Origin: an uncultured Candidatus Saccharibacteria bacterium
GTDB lineage: Bacteria; Patescibacteriota; Doudnabacteria; UBA920
Length of the DNA stretch: 64,000 nucleotides
Assembly (NCBI GenBank): GCA_964384035.1
Contig: CAYLIB010000005.1
Location: forward strand, 41,107 to 105,106
Direction of reading: 5' to 3'
The notes beneath the pieces are model-generated. The model did not search any database, was not told the DNA's origin, and saw only the letters and a list, made by a program, of their open reading frames with translations. Shown here one piece after another: positions 1-10,489 of the stretch; within the stretch, counting starts at the first letter, position 1; each line of letters starts with the position of its first letter. A program made the translations under genes and the position numbers.

Positions 1-1572
1 TCCAAATTCGAAAGCGCGAATCATTGCGCCAAATTTTTCGTATACTTCTTCCTTTGAGTAACCTACGATTTCGAAGGCTTTATACATAATTTCTGGGTTG
101 TAGTTTCTGATAGCGCCTGAAGAGAGTTCTAGGCCGTTTGCAACGATGTCGTACTGGTAGGCGCGAATGTCTAAGGGGTCCATGGTATTTAAAGCCTCTA
201 AGCCTCCCTGAGGCATAGAAAATGGGTTATGCATAAAGTCGATTTTGTTGTTTTTTTCGTCCCACTCGTACATGGGGAAGTCGGTTATCCACGCCCAAGC
301 TACTACGGATGGGTCCTTTAAGCCAAAACTAGTTGCAAGTTTGTCTCGCAATTTACCTAGCACTTTATTTACTAGTTTTCTTTCATCAGCTCCGAAGAAA
401 ATTACGTCGCCTTTATCTGCTTTAGTTTTAGAGAGGATGTTTTTTACTTCTTCTTCACTGAGGAATTTTAAAATAGGGGATTTTAGTTCTTCTTCTACAA
501 CTATATAAGCAAGGCCGCCTGCACCTTCTTTTTTGACAAATTCTGTGAGTTCGTCGATTTGACTACGACTAAGTGTCGAGCCACCTTGCAAACGGATTGC
601 TTTTACAACGCCACCGTTTTTTATTGGATTACTAAAAACGCTAAACTGTGAGTTACTTAATTCGTCAGTTAGGTTAATAAGCTCCATACCGTATCTGAGG
701 TCTGGTTTGTCGCTTCCGTATTTTTCCATTGCTTCCAAATATGGAATTCTTGGAAATGGCTTTTGCATTACTTTTTTACCTGCGAAGTTTTCGGTTAGAT
801 CTATAAAAAGTGGTTCTAATTCTTGAAAGACTGTTTCGTCTTTTTCGGCGAAAGAAATCTCTAAGTCTAATTGGTAGAATTCGCCAGGGCTTCTGTCTGC
901 TCTTGCGTCTTCGTCTCTAAAACAGGGGGCAATTTGGAAGTATTTTGGTACACCGGCCACCATAAGTAATTGTTTAAACTGTTGAGGTGCTTGTGGTAGC
1001 GCATAAAATTTACCCGGATGAAGTCTTGATGGTACGAGAAAATCTCTAGCTCCTTCAGGGGAAGAAGAAGTGAGTATAGGAGTTGGTATTTCTATAAAAC
1101 CATGTTCGTCCATATAGTCACGAATATGCTTTACCATTCGGTGTCTTTTAATAAGCATTTCTTGCATTTTTGGACGTCTTAGGTCTAAGAAACGATATTT
1201 GAGACGGATATCTTCGTTAATTTCTGTGTCGCTATGTTGAATTGGGAAGGGTAGTGCTTTTGCAGAGTTTAAAATATCTAGTTTTTCTACTACTACTTCT
1301 ATTCTTCCGGTTTCAATATTTGGGTTGGCTAATTCCGGGAGTCTTTCCTGGATAGTGCCTTCTACTTTTATAACGTATTCGTCGTGGAGTTTTTCGCCAA
1401 TTTCAAAAGCATCTTTGGTTTCTGGGTGAATAGTTAGCTGTACTATGCCTGTATGGTCTCTGAGGTCAACAAAAATAAGTCCTCCATGATCTCGACTGGA
1501 AGCTACCCAACCTTTAAGTTGGACTTTTTCTGATACTTTACTGATCGTTTCTTTGGCTAAAGTTCGGTGCAT
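1..1572 (-). CDS. aspS: Aspartate--tRNA ligase (3' end runs off window)
   Basis: Not in ORF track because it is open at the edge. ATG at 1572 reads MHRTLAKE...GWVASSRDHGGLIFVDLRDHTG; later EGARDFLVPSR, YALPQAPQQFKQLLM, CFRDED, YDIVANG: classic AspRS motifs. Confidence 0.95.
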   Translation of the reverse strand, partial: MHRTLAKETISKVSEKVQLKGWVASSRDHGGLIFVDLRDHTGIVQLTIHPETKDAFEIGEKLHDEYVIKVEGTIQERLPELANPNIETGRIEVVVEKLDILNSAKALPFPIQHSDTEINEDIRLKYRFLDLRRPKMQEMLIKRHRMVKHIRDYMDEHGFIEIPTPILTSSSPEGARDFLVPSRLHPGKFYALPQAPQQFKQLLMVAGVPKYFQIAPCFRDEDARADRSPGEFYQLDLEISFAEKDETVFQELEPLFIDLTENFAGKKVMQKPFPRIPYLEAMEKYGSDKPDLRYGMELINLTDELSNSQFSVFSNPIKNGGVVKAIRLQGGSTLSRSQIDELTEFVKKEGAGGLAYIVVEEELKSPILKFLSEEEVKNILSKTKADKGDVIFFGADERKLVNKVLGKLRDKLATSFGLKDPSVVAWAWITDFPMYEWDEKNNKIDFMHNPFSMPQGGLEALNTMDPLDIRAYQYDIVANGLELSSGAIRNYNPEIMYKAFEIVGYSKEEVYEKFGAMIRAFEFG

Positions 1573-1678
1573 AAATTTATTGTATGGATGAAATAACTAT
1601 GTAAATTTAGCATTTTATGCCGAATTGCGCAAAAGTATGGTCTAAAATTTAAAAAAAATGACTCACTTGCCGTAAGTC

Positions 1679-2119
1679 TCAATCTATTGTCCAATTAGCA
1701 ACTATACCAAATATGAACAGTGTCCCGCCCATAATAAAATTTCTGAAATTTATTTCGTAATTCAATGAAAGTATGCCAGTGGCAACTGTGCATGCGGAGA
1801 GCATTATATAGGCGCCTCCTGTCCTGAATCCTTCCACTATTATGAATCTGAACCACATTTTACTTGTTGTGATTGCCGTTGTTACAGATCCACCCAGTAT
1901 TGCAGTGAGAAGATTAGAAGACTCTATGGATTCAGTCGTGGCTACCGACGCTCCGAGGAATACAATTAAGGCAATTCCTAGTCGAATGAGTAGTTTTATA
2001 GAACCCGAAAAGATTAGCCAGATAAACAGTGCATGTACTGTTTTATAGATGGCAACATCATTAGGGTAGAATATCCACAATATACAATAAAGCAAAATTG
2101 TGAAAAATGCTGTAAGCAT
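1679..2119 (-). CDS. Hypothetical membrane protein
   Basis: 146 aa with about 4 hydrophobic segments; strong SD (AAAGGAGG) before the ATG. Confidence 0.65.
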   Translation of the reverse strand: MLTAFFTILLYCILWIFYPNDVAIYKTVHALFIWLIFSGSIKLLIRLGIALIVFLGASVATTESIESSNLLTAILGGSVTTAITTSKMWFRFIIVEGFRTGGAYIMLSACTVATGILSLNYEINFRNFIMGGTLFIFGIVANWTID

Positions 2120-2242
2120 AGTTTCCCTCCTTTCATTAAGGATAGTGCAGTAAAACTGGCCGTTTGTCTATAATGGTATTGAAAAGGGTTTATAATAAAT
2201 AATAGTTATGAACAGCATTAATAAATACAAAAAAGAATACAC

Positions 2243-2824
2243 ATGGGTCTTAAAAAAATTGTTTTTGATTTAGAAACGCAAAAAGAGTTTGCTGAAGTGG
2301 GTGGAAGAGGGAAAAATCATTTATTAAAAGTATCTGTTTGTGGGATATATGAATATGCAACAGATAAATATACGATATATGAAGAAAAGGATATCCCGAG
2401 AATGGCTACTCTGTTTCAAACAGCAGACCAGCTTATTGGATATAATAGTATAGATTTTGACAATGAAGTTTTAAGACCGTATTTAAATTTTGATATAAGC
2501 CAGGTTCCCCATTTAGATTTGCTAAAGGAGGTGGAAAAGGTCATAGGACATAGGATTAAGCTAGAAAGCATTGCACAGGCAACTTTGGGAAAAGGCAAAA
2601 GTGGGTCTGGAAAAGAGGCGATTATGTATTTTAGAAACGGAAGAATGGATTTACTTAAAAAGTACTGTTTGGACGATGTGAAAATTACTAAACATATATA
2701 CGACTACGCTTTAAAAAATGGTAAGGTTCTGTATCAGGATTTTTTCAACATTAAAGAAATTCCTTTGGCAATTAGAGAACCGGCTCCTAGGTCTAAAGTA
2801 ATTCATCAACCTGCCTTGTTTTAA
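2243..2824 (+). CDS. RNase H-like (YprB/RNase_H_2-type) DEDD exonuclease domain protein
   Basis: FDLET, GYNSIDFD, YCLDDV motifs. Confidence 0.85.
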   Translation: MGLKKIVFDLETQKEFAEVGGRGKNHLLKVSVCGIYEYATDKYTIYEEKDIPRMATLFQTADQLIGYNSIDFDNEVLRPYLNFDISQVPHLDLLKEVEKVIGHRIKLESIAQATLGKGKSGSGKEAIMYFRNGRMDLLKKYCLDDVKITKHIYDYALKNGKVLYQDFFNIKEIPLAIREPAPRSKVIHQPALF

Positions 2825-2827
2825 AAG

Positions 2828-3697
2828 ATGCGCATAAAAACTAAAATTATTATTGGTTCATTTTTATGGATACCGATCTTAATTTCTTTGTTTTTTGTAT
2901 TTAATGGCAAAATTATTTTGCCACAGTTTTTTTATTTCAAGGGGGTTCGAATTCATTTTTATGGATTGTTTATGGGGTCTGCTGTTGGTAGTGCGATATT
3001 CCTTGCAAGACAAAGGTTTAAAAAATACCTTAGTGAAAATGAATTTGAGAATGCAACTCTGTTTATAGTTTTTTCGGGTTTTTTATGTGCTCGGTTGTAT
3101 CATGTTATAAGTCAGTATGATTTATACGTGAGAGAACCTTTAAACGCATTTAAAATTTGGAATGGGGGATTAAGTATTTATGGAGCTTTGGCTGGTGGGT
3201 TAATGGCCATCGTAATTTTAAAGAAATATTATAGTCCAATAAAGCGGCTTAATTTTAGAGAAATATTGGATTTATGTGTACCGGCTGTACTTCTGGGGCA
3301 GGTGGTTGGTAGGTTTGGAAATCTGTTTAATTACGAAGCATATGGTATACCCACTAACTTACCTTGGAAGATGTATGTCCCAGAGGAATTTAGAGTTGAG
3401 AAGTATTTGGGTCAGAGTTTTTACCATCCTGTGTTTTTATATGAAGCTCTGCTAAATTTCATTTTTTTATTAATTTTACTTTTTTTAGAGCGGAAACAGA
3501 CAAAGCATGGTTATCTTTTCTTCTTGTATTTATTAATGTATAATTCAATTCGCATTTTTCTGGAGTTCTTGCGCGTTGATTCAGTTATTAGATATGGTTT
3601 TAGGGTAAATGCGCTAATTAGTGCGATAATTGTTATAGTTAGTGTCTATATAGTTCACACATATTATGGAAAATCAAATAAAACCCTTAATACATAA
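2828..3697 (+). CDS. lgt: Prolipoprotein diacylglyceryl transferase
   Basis: FYG, ARLYHV, IWNGGLSIYGAL, GRFGNLFNYEAYG, HPVFLYE, RIFLEFLR motifs. Confidence 0.95.
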   Translation: MRIKTKIIIGSFLWIPILISLFFVFNGKIILPQFFYFKGVRIHFYGLFMGSAVGSAIFLARQRFKKYLSENEFENATLFIVFSGFLCARLYHVISQYDLYVREPLNAFKIWNGGLSIYGALAGGLMAIVILKKYYSPIKRLNFREILDLCVPAVLLGQVVGRFGNLFNYEAYGIPTNLPWKMYVPEEFRVEKYLGQSFYHPVFLYEALLNFIFLLILLFLERKQTKHGYLFFLYLLMYNSIRIFLEFLRVDSVIRYGFRVNALISAIIVIVSVYIVHTYYGKSNKTLNT

Positions 3698-4427
3698 CAT
3701 TGCTAGTTTAGTATTGACTGTACTTTTTGGGGTTTCTCTTGGCTATTTTGCTTATCCTATTCCGGTATTCAGATATATGGCAGTTAGTTTCGTTGCTTTT
3801 TTGTTAATTGCATTAGGGTATAATATCTATTTTTATGGTTATCAGATAAGAAAATATTTTTGGCAAATTGTTCTTATTATGCTCGGTTATGGTAGTTTGG
3901 GGATATTTTTCTTTTTGGCGCCTAATAAGTTTTTACAAATATTATTTTTTGCAATTGCACTCCCAGCGATTTATTTTCAGCAAAGGTTGATTGCTAATGG
4001 TGCAGAAAGCCTCCTTTCTACGAGATTAATTCTGTTGTCTGCTCCTTTTTTTCTGGCAATTTCTGCTGCTGCTAATTTTTATTTTAAAATATCCGGTGCA
4101 TTGTATATTTCGCTAGTATTCATTTTTTGTTTTTTTGTTACTCGAGGTACTTATGAATACACACCTCTTGGAGAAAAAACTAAATATTTAAACGCACTTG
4201 TAGTTTCTGTTATTACGTGTCAATTAGTCTGGGCTTTGGCATTTTTACCTTTTCATTATTCAGTTTTAGGATTGATAGCTTTTTTCTTCTATTATTTTAT
4301 TTGGCAGTTGGACTATTCAAGTATATTTAAAACCTTTAATCTTAAGAAAGCATTATTTACCGGGTCTTTATTATTATTGCTAGTTATTATATTGCTTTTA
4401 TCGACTCCTTGGAGTGTTTTGAGTTAA
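3666..4427 (+). CDS. Multi-pass membrane protein (DUF5656-like, CPR)
   Basis: About 8 TM helices; QLVWALAFLPF...FFYY pattern recalls the CPR DUF5656 family. Confidence 0.55.
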   Translation: MENQIKPLIHNIASLVLTVLFGVSLGYFAYPIPVFRYMAVSFVAFLLIALGYNIYFYGYQIRKYFWQIVLIMLGYGSLGIFFFLAPNKFLQILFFAIALPAIYFQQRLIANGAESLLSTRLILLSAPFFLAISAAANFYFKISGALYISLVFIFCFFVTRGTYEYTPLGEKTKYLNALVVSVITCQLVWALAFLPFHYSVLGLIAFFFYYFIWQLDYSSIFKTFNLKKALFTGSLLLLLVIILLLSTPWSVLS

Positions 4428-4439
4428 TTAATATTTTTT

Positions 4440-5489
4440 ATGAAATTGAAAATTACTATATTATTTGTTTCGGCAGTTATTTTGGGTTTATTATTGGATG
4501 TTTTGTTCGGGCGTTTTCTTGCTGCTAGAATCTCTACCTTACCTATCTTAAGGAAATGGAATTTAGTATCTCCCCAAGCTCCTATAGTTATTAATACAAG
4601 AGAGCAAATTAGAGAGAGCTCTAAAGAAGATATTCAAGGGGCAATAAGTAAGCTGAAAGTTAGAATCGCAAATATAGTTATTGAGAATCAACAAAGTCTT
4701 CAGATTACTGGGTCTGCTGTAGCGTTATCTGATGACGGAATATTTGCTACTACCCAGGCTGCGTTTCCGGTATCAGGAGCGTCCTATGGGTTGGTATTGA
4801 ATGATGGACAAAAGTTTACTATTCCATCACTTACTTTGGAACAGGGTAGCAAATTAGTATTTTTCAAAATTAATAAAAGTGGTTTAACGCCTATAAGTAT
4901 TTCAGACTTGCATGATCTGGTTTCAGGACAAGAAGTATTTTTTATCAAGCAAGGGAATATGCCTCTGAAAGCACAAGTAATTTCGGCAAGAGTTAAAAGA
5001 GTTTTTGAAGATTTAGAGGATCTAACCTATTCAACTTCAAAACTTCAGAGTACCTTAGATGTGTCGAGTTCTGAAAAACCTTTACCAGGAGTAGCGTTGT
5101 CAGATTTAAATGGTAATGTCGTAGGAATTTGGGATGGAAGTAGTTTAATCCCCGGTAAATATGTAGAAATATATGTAAGGAATTTTATTCAAAATAAATT
5201 AAAAATTGAAAAGTATAATTTAGGGTTCTCTTACAAGTTGATTTTTCCAAATTCCAATAAGGACTTGGGAGATAAATTAGCACTTAAAGTAACAGAGGTA
5301 AGTAGTCCTTCGTTTGAATCGGGTTTGCTTGTAGGCGATGTGATAGTAAAAATAAACAACACATCTCTAGCTACTGCGATAGTACCAGAAGAATTGCTAT
5401 GGGAAGTTAAATCTGGGACCGGTGTAGTTTTTCAAGTAGTTAGAGAGGGCGTAGAGAAAAATATAACTATTTTTCCTAAGATAAATTAG
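4440..5489 (+). CDS. HtrA/S1C-like protein with C-terminal PDZ, catalytic residues degenerate
   Basis: N-terminal TM; GSAVALSDDGIFATT and DLNGNVVGI trypsin-like strands; PDZ-like GLLVGDVIVKIN; no His in the TNAHV position and no GNSGG. Confidence 0.7.
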   Translation: MKLKITILFVSAVILGLLLDVLFGRFLAARISTLPILRKWNLVSPQAPIVINTREQIRESSKEDIQGAISKLKVRIANIVIENQQSLQITGSAVALSDDGIFATTQAAFPVSGASYGLVLNDGQKFTIPSLTLEQGSKLVFFKINKSGLTPISISDLHDLVSGQEVFFIKQGNMPLKAQVISARVKRVFEDLEDLTYSTSKLQSTLDVSSSEKPLPGVALSDLNGNVVGIWDGSSLIPGKYVEIYVRNFIQNKLKIEKYNLGFSYKLIFPNSNKDLGDKLALKVTEVSSPSFESGLLVGDVIVKINNTSLATAIVPEELLWEVKSGTGVVFQVVREGVEKNITIFPKIN

Positions 5490-5513
5490 GGAAAATAATA
5501 ACGTCTGGGCCTA

Positions 5514-5542
5514 TTGACAGAAGAGGCGAAAATACATACTGT
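5514..5542 (+). promoter_or_regulatory. Sigma70-type promoter of the tad operon
   Basis: TTGACA (5514) - 17 nt - TACTGT (5537) upstream of flp. Confidence 0.55.
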
Positions 5543-5569
5543 TAAGCGTTAAAAATTAACGTAAAAAGT

Positions 5570-5758
5570 ATGTTTTTTCGTAATTATATTAAGGATAATA
5601 AGGGTCAGGCATTGTCTGAGTATGCTCTAATTATTGCTTTAGTCGCAATAGTTGTGATAGGTATATTGGGCAAATTTGGGGATAGTATTACTGACGCATT
5701 TACTGCTGCTAAGGGTGGTATAGACGAAGGTGTTAGCAAAAGTCAGTCTAATCGTTAG
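5570..5758 (+). CDS. flp: Flp family type IVc pilin
   Basis: 62 aa, KG|QALSEYALIIALVAIVVI Flp cleavage motif with E+5/Y+6. Confidence 0.92.
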   Translation: MFFRNYIKDNKGQALSEYALIIALVAIVVIGILGKFGDSITDAFTAAKGGIDEGVSKSQSNR

Positions 5759-5765
5759 TAATTAA

Positions 5766-6224
5766 ATGACTTCTAAATTCCCAAAACAATCTGGCCAGGC
5801 AATGGTTGAATTTGCTTTGGTGATAGGTTTGTTACTGTTTATTTTAACTGGGATGTTAATCCTGGGTTTTTGGTTAAGTGCTCAGCAGTTGGTAACTATG
5901 GCTGCGAGGGAGGGTTCAAGGCAAGCGGCGTTAACTTTAAATAATGAGTTAACAGAGTCGACAGTTAAAAACTCATTGAAGTATATCGACAAGCAAGGTG
6001 ATCTTACGTCTGTTGTTATTGATCCAGAAAACCCTTGGAACTCCAGTAGGGTTAGGGGAGGTTTCATTACTGTGAGTGTTACTTATAAAATGCCATTTAC
6101 CTTTAGTATTTTTGAAAAGCATTTTAAAAATGGTAGTCCATTTACAGTTGTACAAGCTTCTTCTACATCAAGGATAGAATGTGTGCCTAAGTCAGGTAGG
6201 ACTTGTCCTGTAGGGCTTTATTAA
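5766..6224 (+). CDS. tadE: TadE-like minor pilin
   Basis: SG|QAMVEFALV and AAREGSR motifs. Confidence 0.9.
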   Translation: MTSKFPKQSGQAMVEFALVIGLLLFILTGMLILGFWLSAQQLVTMAAREGSRQAALTLNNELTESTVKNSLKYIDKQGDLTSVVIDPENPWNSSRVRGGFITVSVTYKMPFTFSIFEKHFKNGSPFTVVQASSTSRIECVPKSGRTCPVGLY

Positions 6225-6225
6225 T

Positions 6226-6816
6226 ATGAATAATTTTAGACACAAACAACTAGGTTCAGTATTGCTCATAACATCTGTAGCAATGGGCTTGGTTGTTTTT
6301 ATGATTTTATTCAGTGTAGATTTTGCAAGATATTTCATCTTTAAAGCTCGTTTGCAAAATATTGCCGATAATGCTAGCGACGCTGGTGCGCAAGTTGTAT
6401 CTGAAGAAATTGTCAGGTATGCAAAGCCAAGAATGGAGGCTTTGGATGATCCTATTTTTACTGACCCACTTGAGTATATTAACGATAATGAACGTGAAGA
6501 AATTATAAGTGGTACTGGAAGAGAAAAAATAATGTCGGCTATTGCAGAAACTGAAAAGAAAAATTTTGAAATTAGTAAATTATATGGCGGGAAATTAATT
6601 TTTGTGTCGACAGTGCCAGCTAGGATTGTGGCTAGTAGTTGTAGTACCCCTGAAAATACAGACATGATTATTAAAACAGAATTAAGTTACGAAATTCCTA
6701 TAATTTTTAAACCATTGTCAAAATTGCTCTCAAGAGAAAAATTAACTGTTAAAGCACAAAGTTTGGCCAAAGCCCCACTTTGTCCTCAGGTAAGAAACTT
6801 GTCTTATGAAATTTAA
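6226..6816 (+). CDS. TadG/Tad-domain minor pilin-like protein
   Basis: LG|SVLL hydrophobic segment, VDFAR, RLQNIADNAS (Tad domain pattern). Confidence 0.8.
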   Translation: MNNFRHKQLGSVLLITSVAMGLVVFMILFSVDFARYFIFKARLQNIADNASDAGAQVVSEEIVRYAKPRMEALDDPIFTDPLEYINDNEREEIISGTGREKIMSAIAETEKKNFEISKLYGGKLIFVSTVPARIVASSCSTPENTDMIIKTELSYEIPIIFKPLSKLLSREKLTVKAQSLAKAPLCPQVRNLSYEI

Positions 6817-7513
6817 TAAACTGTTAGATCCTATCGTAAATTTTAAAATTAATAAGACATCTAAATCTTTTGCGTGGGATGTGTTTCAAGTAAGTGTGTC
6901 TATTTTATTAGCTATTTTGGCATTTGTGGTAACTAATGCTTGGGCAGAAAGTCTTTCTGAAAAAGCAGAACAGGTAGGAGTGGTTGTTGCAGGTAAGGAT
7001 TTGTCAGCGCCTAAAGTGCTTGAAGAAGGGGATTTGGTTGTTAGGTTTTTTAGAAGGGATTTATTACCTAAATCTGCAATCCCTGAAAAATCATTTAAAG
7101 ATATTTTAGGTGTAACTTTAATACACCCTTTGTCTTCCGGACAAATTTTAACTACTACGGAAATTGCGGGTAAAATAGACCCTGATTTGGGTGGATTTGT
7201 GGTACCTAGGAACGCAAAGGGATTTAGCATCCCTTCAAATTGGCTTTCAGCGCCTTTTCCAAGAATGAAGAAAGGCGACACAGTAACCATAGCTTTTGGT
7301 GGAAATGAAAAGGATAAAAATGTCTCAGGGATAATTGCACAAGGGGTACCCGTATTATCGGTTGAGAAAGGTGATGGTAATAACTTACAAAGTATATTAG
7401 TTGGATTAGACGAAAAATTAGCTTTGAATTTGGTTGAGTTAAGAGCTGGAGGTTTTCAACTGGCCATAGCGGTAGATGGGGTGGCGCCTGAGAGTACATT
7501 ATTTAAAAAATAG
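6806..7513 (+). CDS. cpaB: Flp pilus assembly protein CpaB/RcpC (SAF domain)
   Basis: TM then VVVAGKDL...LEEGDL SAF motif, GDTVTI, IAQGVPVLSV. Confidence 0.8.
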   Translation: MKFNKLLDPIVNFKINKTSKSFAWDVFQVSVSILLAILAFVVTNAWAESLSEKAEQVGVVVAGKDLSAPKVLEEGDLVVRFFRRDLLPKSAIPEKSFKDILGVTLIHPLSSGQILTTTEIAGKIDPDLGGFVVPRNAKGFSIPSNWLSAPFPRMKKGDTVTIAFGGNEKDKNVSGIIAQGVPVLSVEKGDGNNLQSILVGLDEKLALNLVELRAGGFQLAIAVDGVAPESTLFKK

Positions 7514-7514
7514 T

Positions 7515-8723
7515 ATGACAGCAGAAGCTAAGGAAAAATTAGACTTAGTACACCGCAAAGTAGTTGAGAGGTTTGAGTTTTTGGGAGAGTTAGTGGTGAG
7601 TAAGCAAAACGTCTCCAGTAATTGTATTTTTGTATTAAACGAAATGGGGATTTTGGGAGAAGAACGAGAGTGGATTCTGTCTGCTGTATTAGATCGTGTG
7701 TTGGGGTTTGGGCCGTTAACTAGATACATTCATGATGATAATGTATCAGAAATTATGTTGAATGGTTTACATAGTTTGTATGTAGAGAAAAACGGTAAGT
7801 TGATCCAAGTAGAAAATAATTTTGGGGATGAAGATGAGATTTTGCAGGTAATAAATAAGATAGTTTCGAGAGTGGGAAGAAGAATAGATATGGCTAGTCC
7901 GATGGTTGACGCGAGGCTGCCAGATGGTTCACGTGTGAATGCTATTATCGCACCACTTTCTTTACTTGGACCGATTTTGACAATAAGGAGATTTCCAAAA
8001 CATCCACCGACTATGGATATGCTTTTGGCAAATGGAACCATAAATGATGAAATGGAATTGTTTTTAAGAGCTTGTGTAGAGGCAAGAATAAATATTGTCG
8101 TTTCTGGTGGGACCGGTAGCGGAAAGACGACAACGCTAAATGCTTTGGCAAGTTTGATTCCACACACAGAAAGAATAGTGACTATTGAAGATTCAGCGGA
8201 ACTAAAAATTTCTCATCCTCATTTGCTTTCGTTAGAGTCTAGACCTGCTAATTTGGAAGGTAATGGAGAGGTGGGGATTAGGACGTTATTAAAAAATGCT
8301 CTTCGTATGAGACCTGACAGGATAATTGTGGGAGAGATCAGAAGTGGTGAAGCTTTGGATATGCTTCAAGCAATGAATACAGGTCATCCTGGAAGTCTTA
8401 CTACAGTACATGCCAATTCTCCTTTAGAGGCTCTTCATCGTATCGAGACCATGGCGTTAATGTCGGATGTGGAATTACCGCATTTTGCTATAAGAGAACA
8501 AGTGAAAGGGGCAATAAATTTAGTGATTCAGCAAGAAAGATTGTCTTCTGGGGAGAGAAAGACAGTAGAAATTTGTGTAATGAGTGGGGATATGAATTTT
8601 GGGAATACTGGGTATGAACTTGTAAAAATCTATTCCTTTGATAAAAAAAATAATGTTTTCATAAGAAATGAAATTGGTAATAATCTAAAGCAATTTTTTC
8701 ATGATCGAGGAGTAATTTTCTAA
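7515..8723 (+). CDS. tadA: Tad pilus ATPase CpaF/TadA
   Basis: PMVDARLPDGSRVNA, Walker A GGTGSGKTT, TIEDSAEL, LRMRPDRIIVGE, AMNTGH; ATG 7515 follows the cpaB stop. Confidence 0.95.
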   Translation: MTAEAKEKLDLVHRKVVERFEFLGELVVSKQNVSSNCIFVLNEMGILGEEREWILSAVLDRVLGFGPLTRYIHDDNVSEIMLNGLHSLYVEKNGKLIQVENNFGDEDEILQVINKIVSRVGRRIDMASPMVDARLPDGSRVNAIIAPLSLLGPILTIRRFPKHPPTMDMLLANGTINDEMELFLRACVEARINIVVSGGTGSGKTTTLNALASLIPHTERIVTIEDSAELKISHPHLLSLESRPANLEGNGEVGIRTLLKNALRMRPDRIIVGEIRSGEALDMLQAMNTGHPGSLTTVHANSPLEALHRIETMALMSDVELPHFAIREQVKGAINLVIQQERLSSGERKTVEICVMSGDMNFGNTGYELVKIYSFDKKNNVFIRNEIGNNLKQFFHDRGVIF

Positions 8724-9635
8724 ATGACAACGATAGATACTCAAATTTTATTAATAAATTTAAGTTTTTCTCTTCTCGTATTTTTGATATCTATCCGAGT
8801 AGAAGGGTTTATTTTTGTATTGATAAGAAGACTTTTAAAGTTAAAATTTTGGAAGCGATTTTCAAAAGTTAATGAGAGTTATTGGCCAGCAGTAATCCCT
8901 GTAAATTATTCAAATTTAGAATCTTATATCTTATGGTCTGGTATAAAAAAATATAGAGTCATAAACAGTATTTTCTTTGCGTTTATCATTTGCATTTTTT
9001 TGTCTCTAGTATTGGGTTTATTTTTTTCTACAGTATTTTTCGCTTTGTTCTGTGTGACTCAGTTGTCGTTATTACAACTTCAAGCGGGAAGGCAGAAAAA
9101 GAAATTTATTAAACAGTTGCCTGAAAGCCTGAGTGCACTTAGTTCGAGTTTGAGAGCAGGATATTCGTTGAGTGATTCTGTAGGGATTGTTGAGAGGGAA
9201 ACCGAGATTCCTGTTTCCTTGGTTTATGGTGCATTAAGAAGGAGTTTTGTATATGGATACCCATTGAATGAGACCCTTAGGATGCTAGATGGACAAATTA
9301 ATTTGGCTGAGTGGAATTTAGTCACAGAAAGTTTGTTAATTCAGAGTAAGGTGGGAGGCAATTTGATTCCTGTAATTGCTTCGGTCTCGAGAACTTTGAG
9401 AGATAAACAAGTTGTAGAAGGAGAGATCAATAGTTCTACTGCTGCTGGTAAAATGAGTGGAATTGTTTTAGCTTTGCTTGCTCCGTTGTCTTTTTTAGTT
9501 ATGCATTATCTTGCTCCGGAATATGTGAGTGTTTTTTATACGACAGGTATTGGTAAATTTTTACTCCTTGTCGCTAGTTGTATGGAAGTTTTGGGTTTTA
9601 TCACAATTATGAAAATTATTAAAGTAGATTTTTAA
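8724..9635 (+). CDS. tadB: TadB (T2SSF domain)
   Basis: QLPESL...SLRAGYSL, VGGNL; position after tadA. Confidence 0.9.
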   Translation: MTTIDTQILLINLSFSLLVFLISIRVEGFIFVLIRRLLKLKFWKRFSKVNESYWPAVIPVNYSNLESYILWSGIKKYRVINSIFFAFIICIFLSLVLGLFFSTVFFALFCVTQLSLLQLQAGRQKKKFIKQLPESLSALSSSLRAGYSLSDSVGIVERETEIPVSLVYGALRRSFVYGYPLNETLRMLDGQINLAEWNLVTESLLIQSKVGGNLIPVIASVSRTLRDKQVVEGEINSSTAAGKMSGIVLALLAPLSFLVMHYLAPEYVSVFYTTGIGKFLLLVASCMEVLGFITIMKIIKVDF

Positions 9636-10486
9636 TGACCCAAGCAATACCAATTTTGGCTTCTTTTATAGCTGGACTATCTATTTATTTACTTAGTAGT
9701 CAAATAATAGGTTTTGCAATTTTTAATTGGGAGAAATTTAAACCCCATGAGGATACAATTAACCGATTTTGGTCATTTGTTGATTCAAAAAAAGCACCTG
9801 CTTTAGTAATGTTGTTATTTAGAGGTCAGAGACTACAAAAGTTACTCGACATTTCTGGGCTTCATCCTAGATGGACTGCGAATCGTTTTTTAATTCTCAA
9901 GATGCTCTTATTTCCTGTTATTGGTTTATTAATGATAACTGTTTATTTTATTTCAGGGAGTTTAATCTTTTCATTAGCGGTGTTTCTAATATACTACCTT
10001 CTCCCGGATAGTTATGTGTTTAAGATAGGTCAAAAAAGAAATATTTTTATCCGCAGAACTCTTCCACAAATAATTGATTTACTCAGACTTCAGGCGCAGA
10101 TTGGATTGAATTTGGAGACGAGTATAGATAATTTATCATTGAGTAGGAGAGATCTATGGGGGAAAGAGTTTAAAAGGGTTGTTTTTGAAACATCGACAGG
10201 ACTAGATTTAATGAATGCGCTTGATTTTTTGAATCAAAGATTTTTGGTAGATGACTTAAGTCGCTTTACTCTTGCTGTAAAACAGAGTAAGCTCCTGGGG
10301 GTTTCTTTGTCTGAAACCTTAGGCATTCAAGCTGAGAGTTTAAGAATAAGACGTCGTCAGCTTGCTGAGGAAAGAGCAAAAACTGCATCGGTAAAGATTT
10401 CATTTCCTTTGGTTGTATTTATTTTTCCTGCGATGTTGATAATCTATCTAGCCCCGGCTGTTCTCAAAATAATGGAAATTGGATAA
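9635..10486 (+). CDS. tadC: TadC (T2SSF domain)
   Basis: LPQIIDLL, AEERAKTASVKISFPLVVFIFPA. Confidence 0.9.
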   Translation: MTQAIPILASFIAGLSIYLLSSQIIGFAIFNWEKFKPHEDTINRFWSFVDSKKAPALVMLLFRGQRLQKLLDISGLHPRWTANRFLILKMLLFPVIGLLMITVYFISGSLIFSLAVFLIYYLLPDSYVFKIGQKRNIFIRRTLPQIIDLLRLQAQIGLNLETSIDNLSLSRRDLWGKEFKRVVFETSTGLDLMNALDFLNQRFLVDDLSRFTLAVKQSKLLGVSLSETLGIQAESLRIRRRQLAEERAKTASVKISFPLVVFIFPAMLIIYLAPAVLKIMEIG

Positions 10487-10489
10487 ATT

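Noticed and set aside
245-508. 87-aa plus-strand ORF and the other short antisense ORFs inside housekeeping genes
   Set aside because: Antisense shadows of aspS, pyrG, gyrB, nusG, xseA and similar genes.
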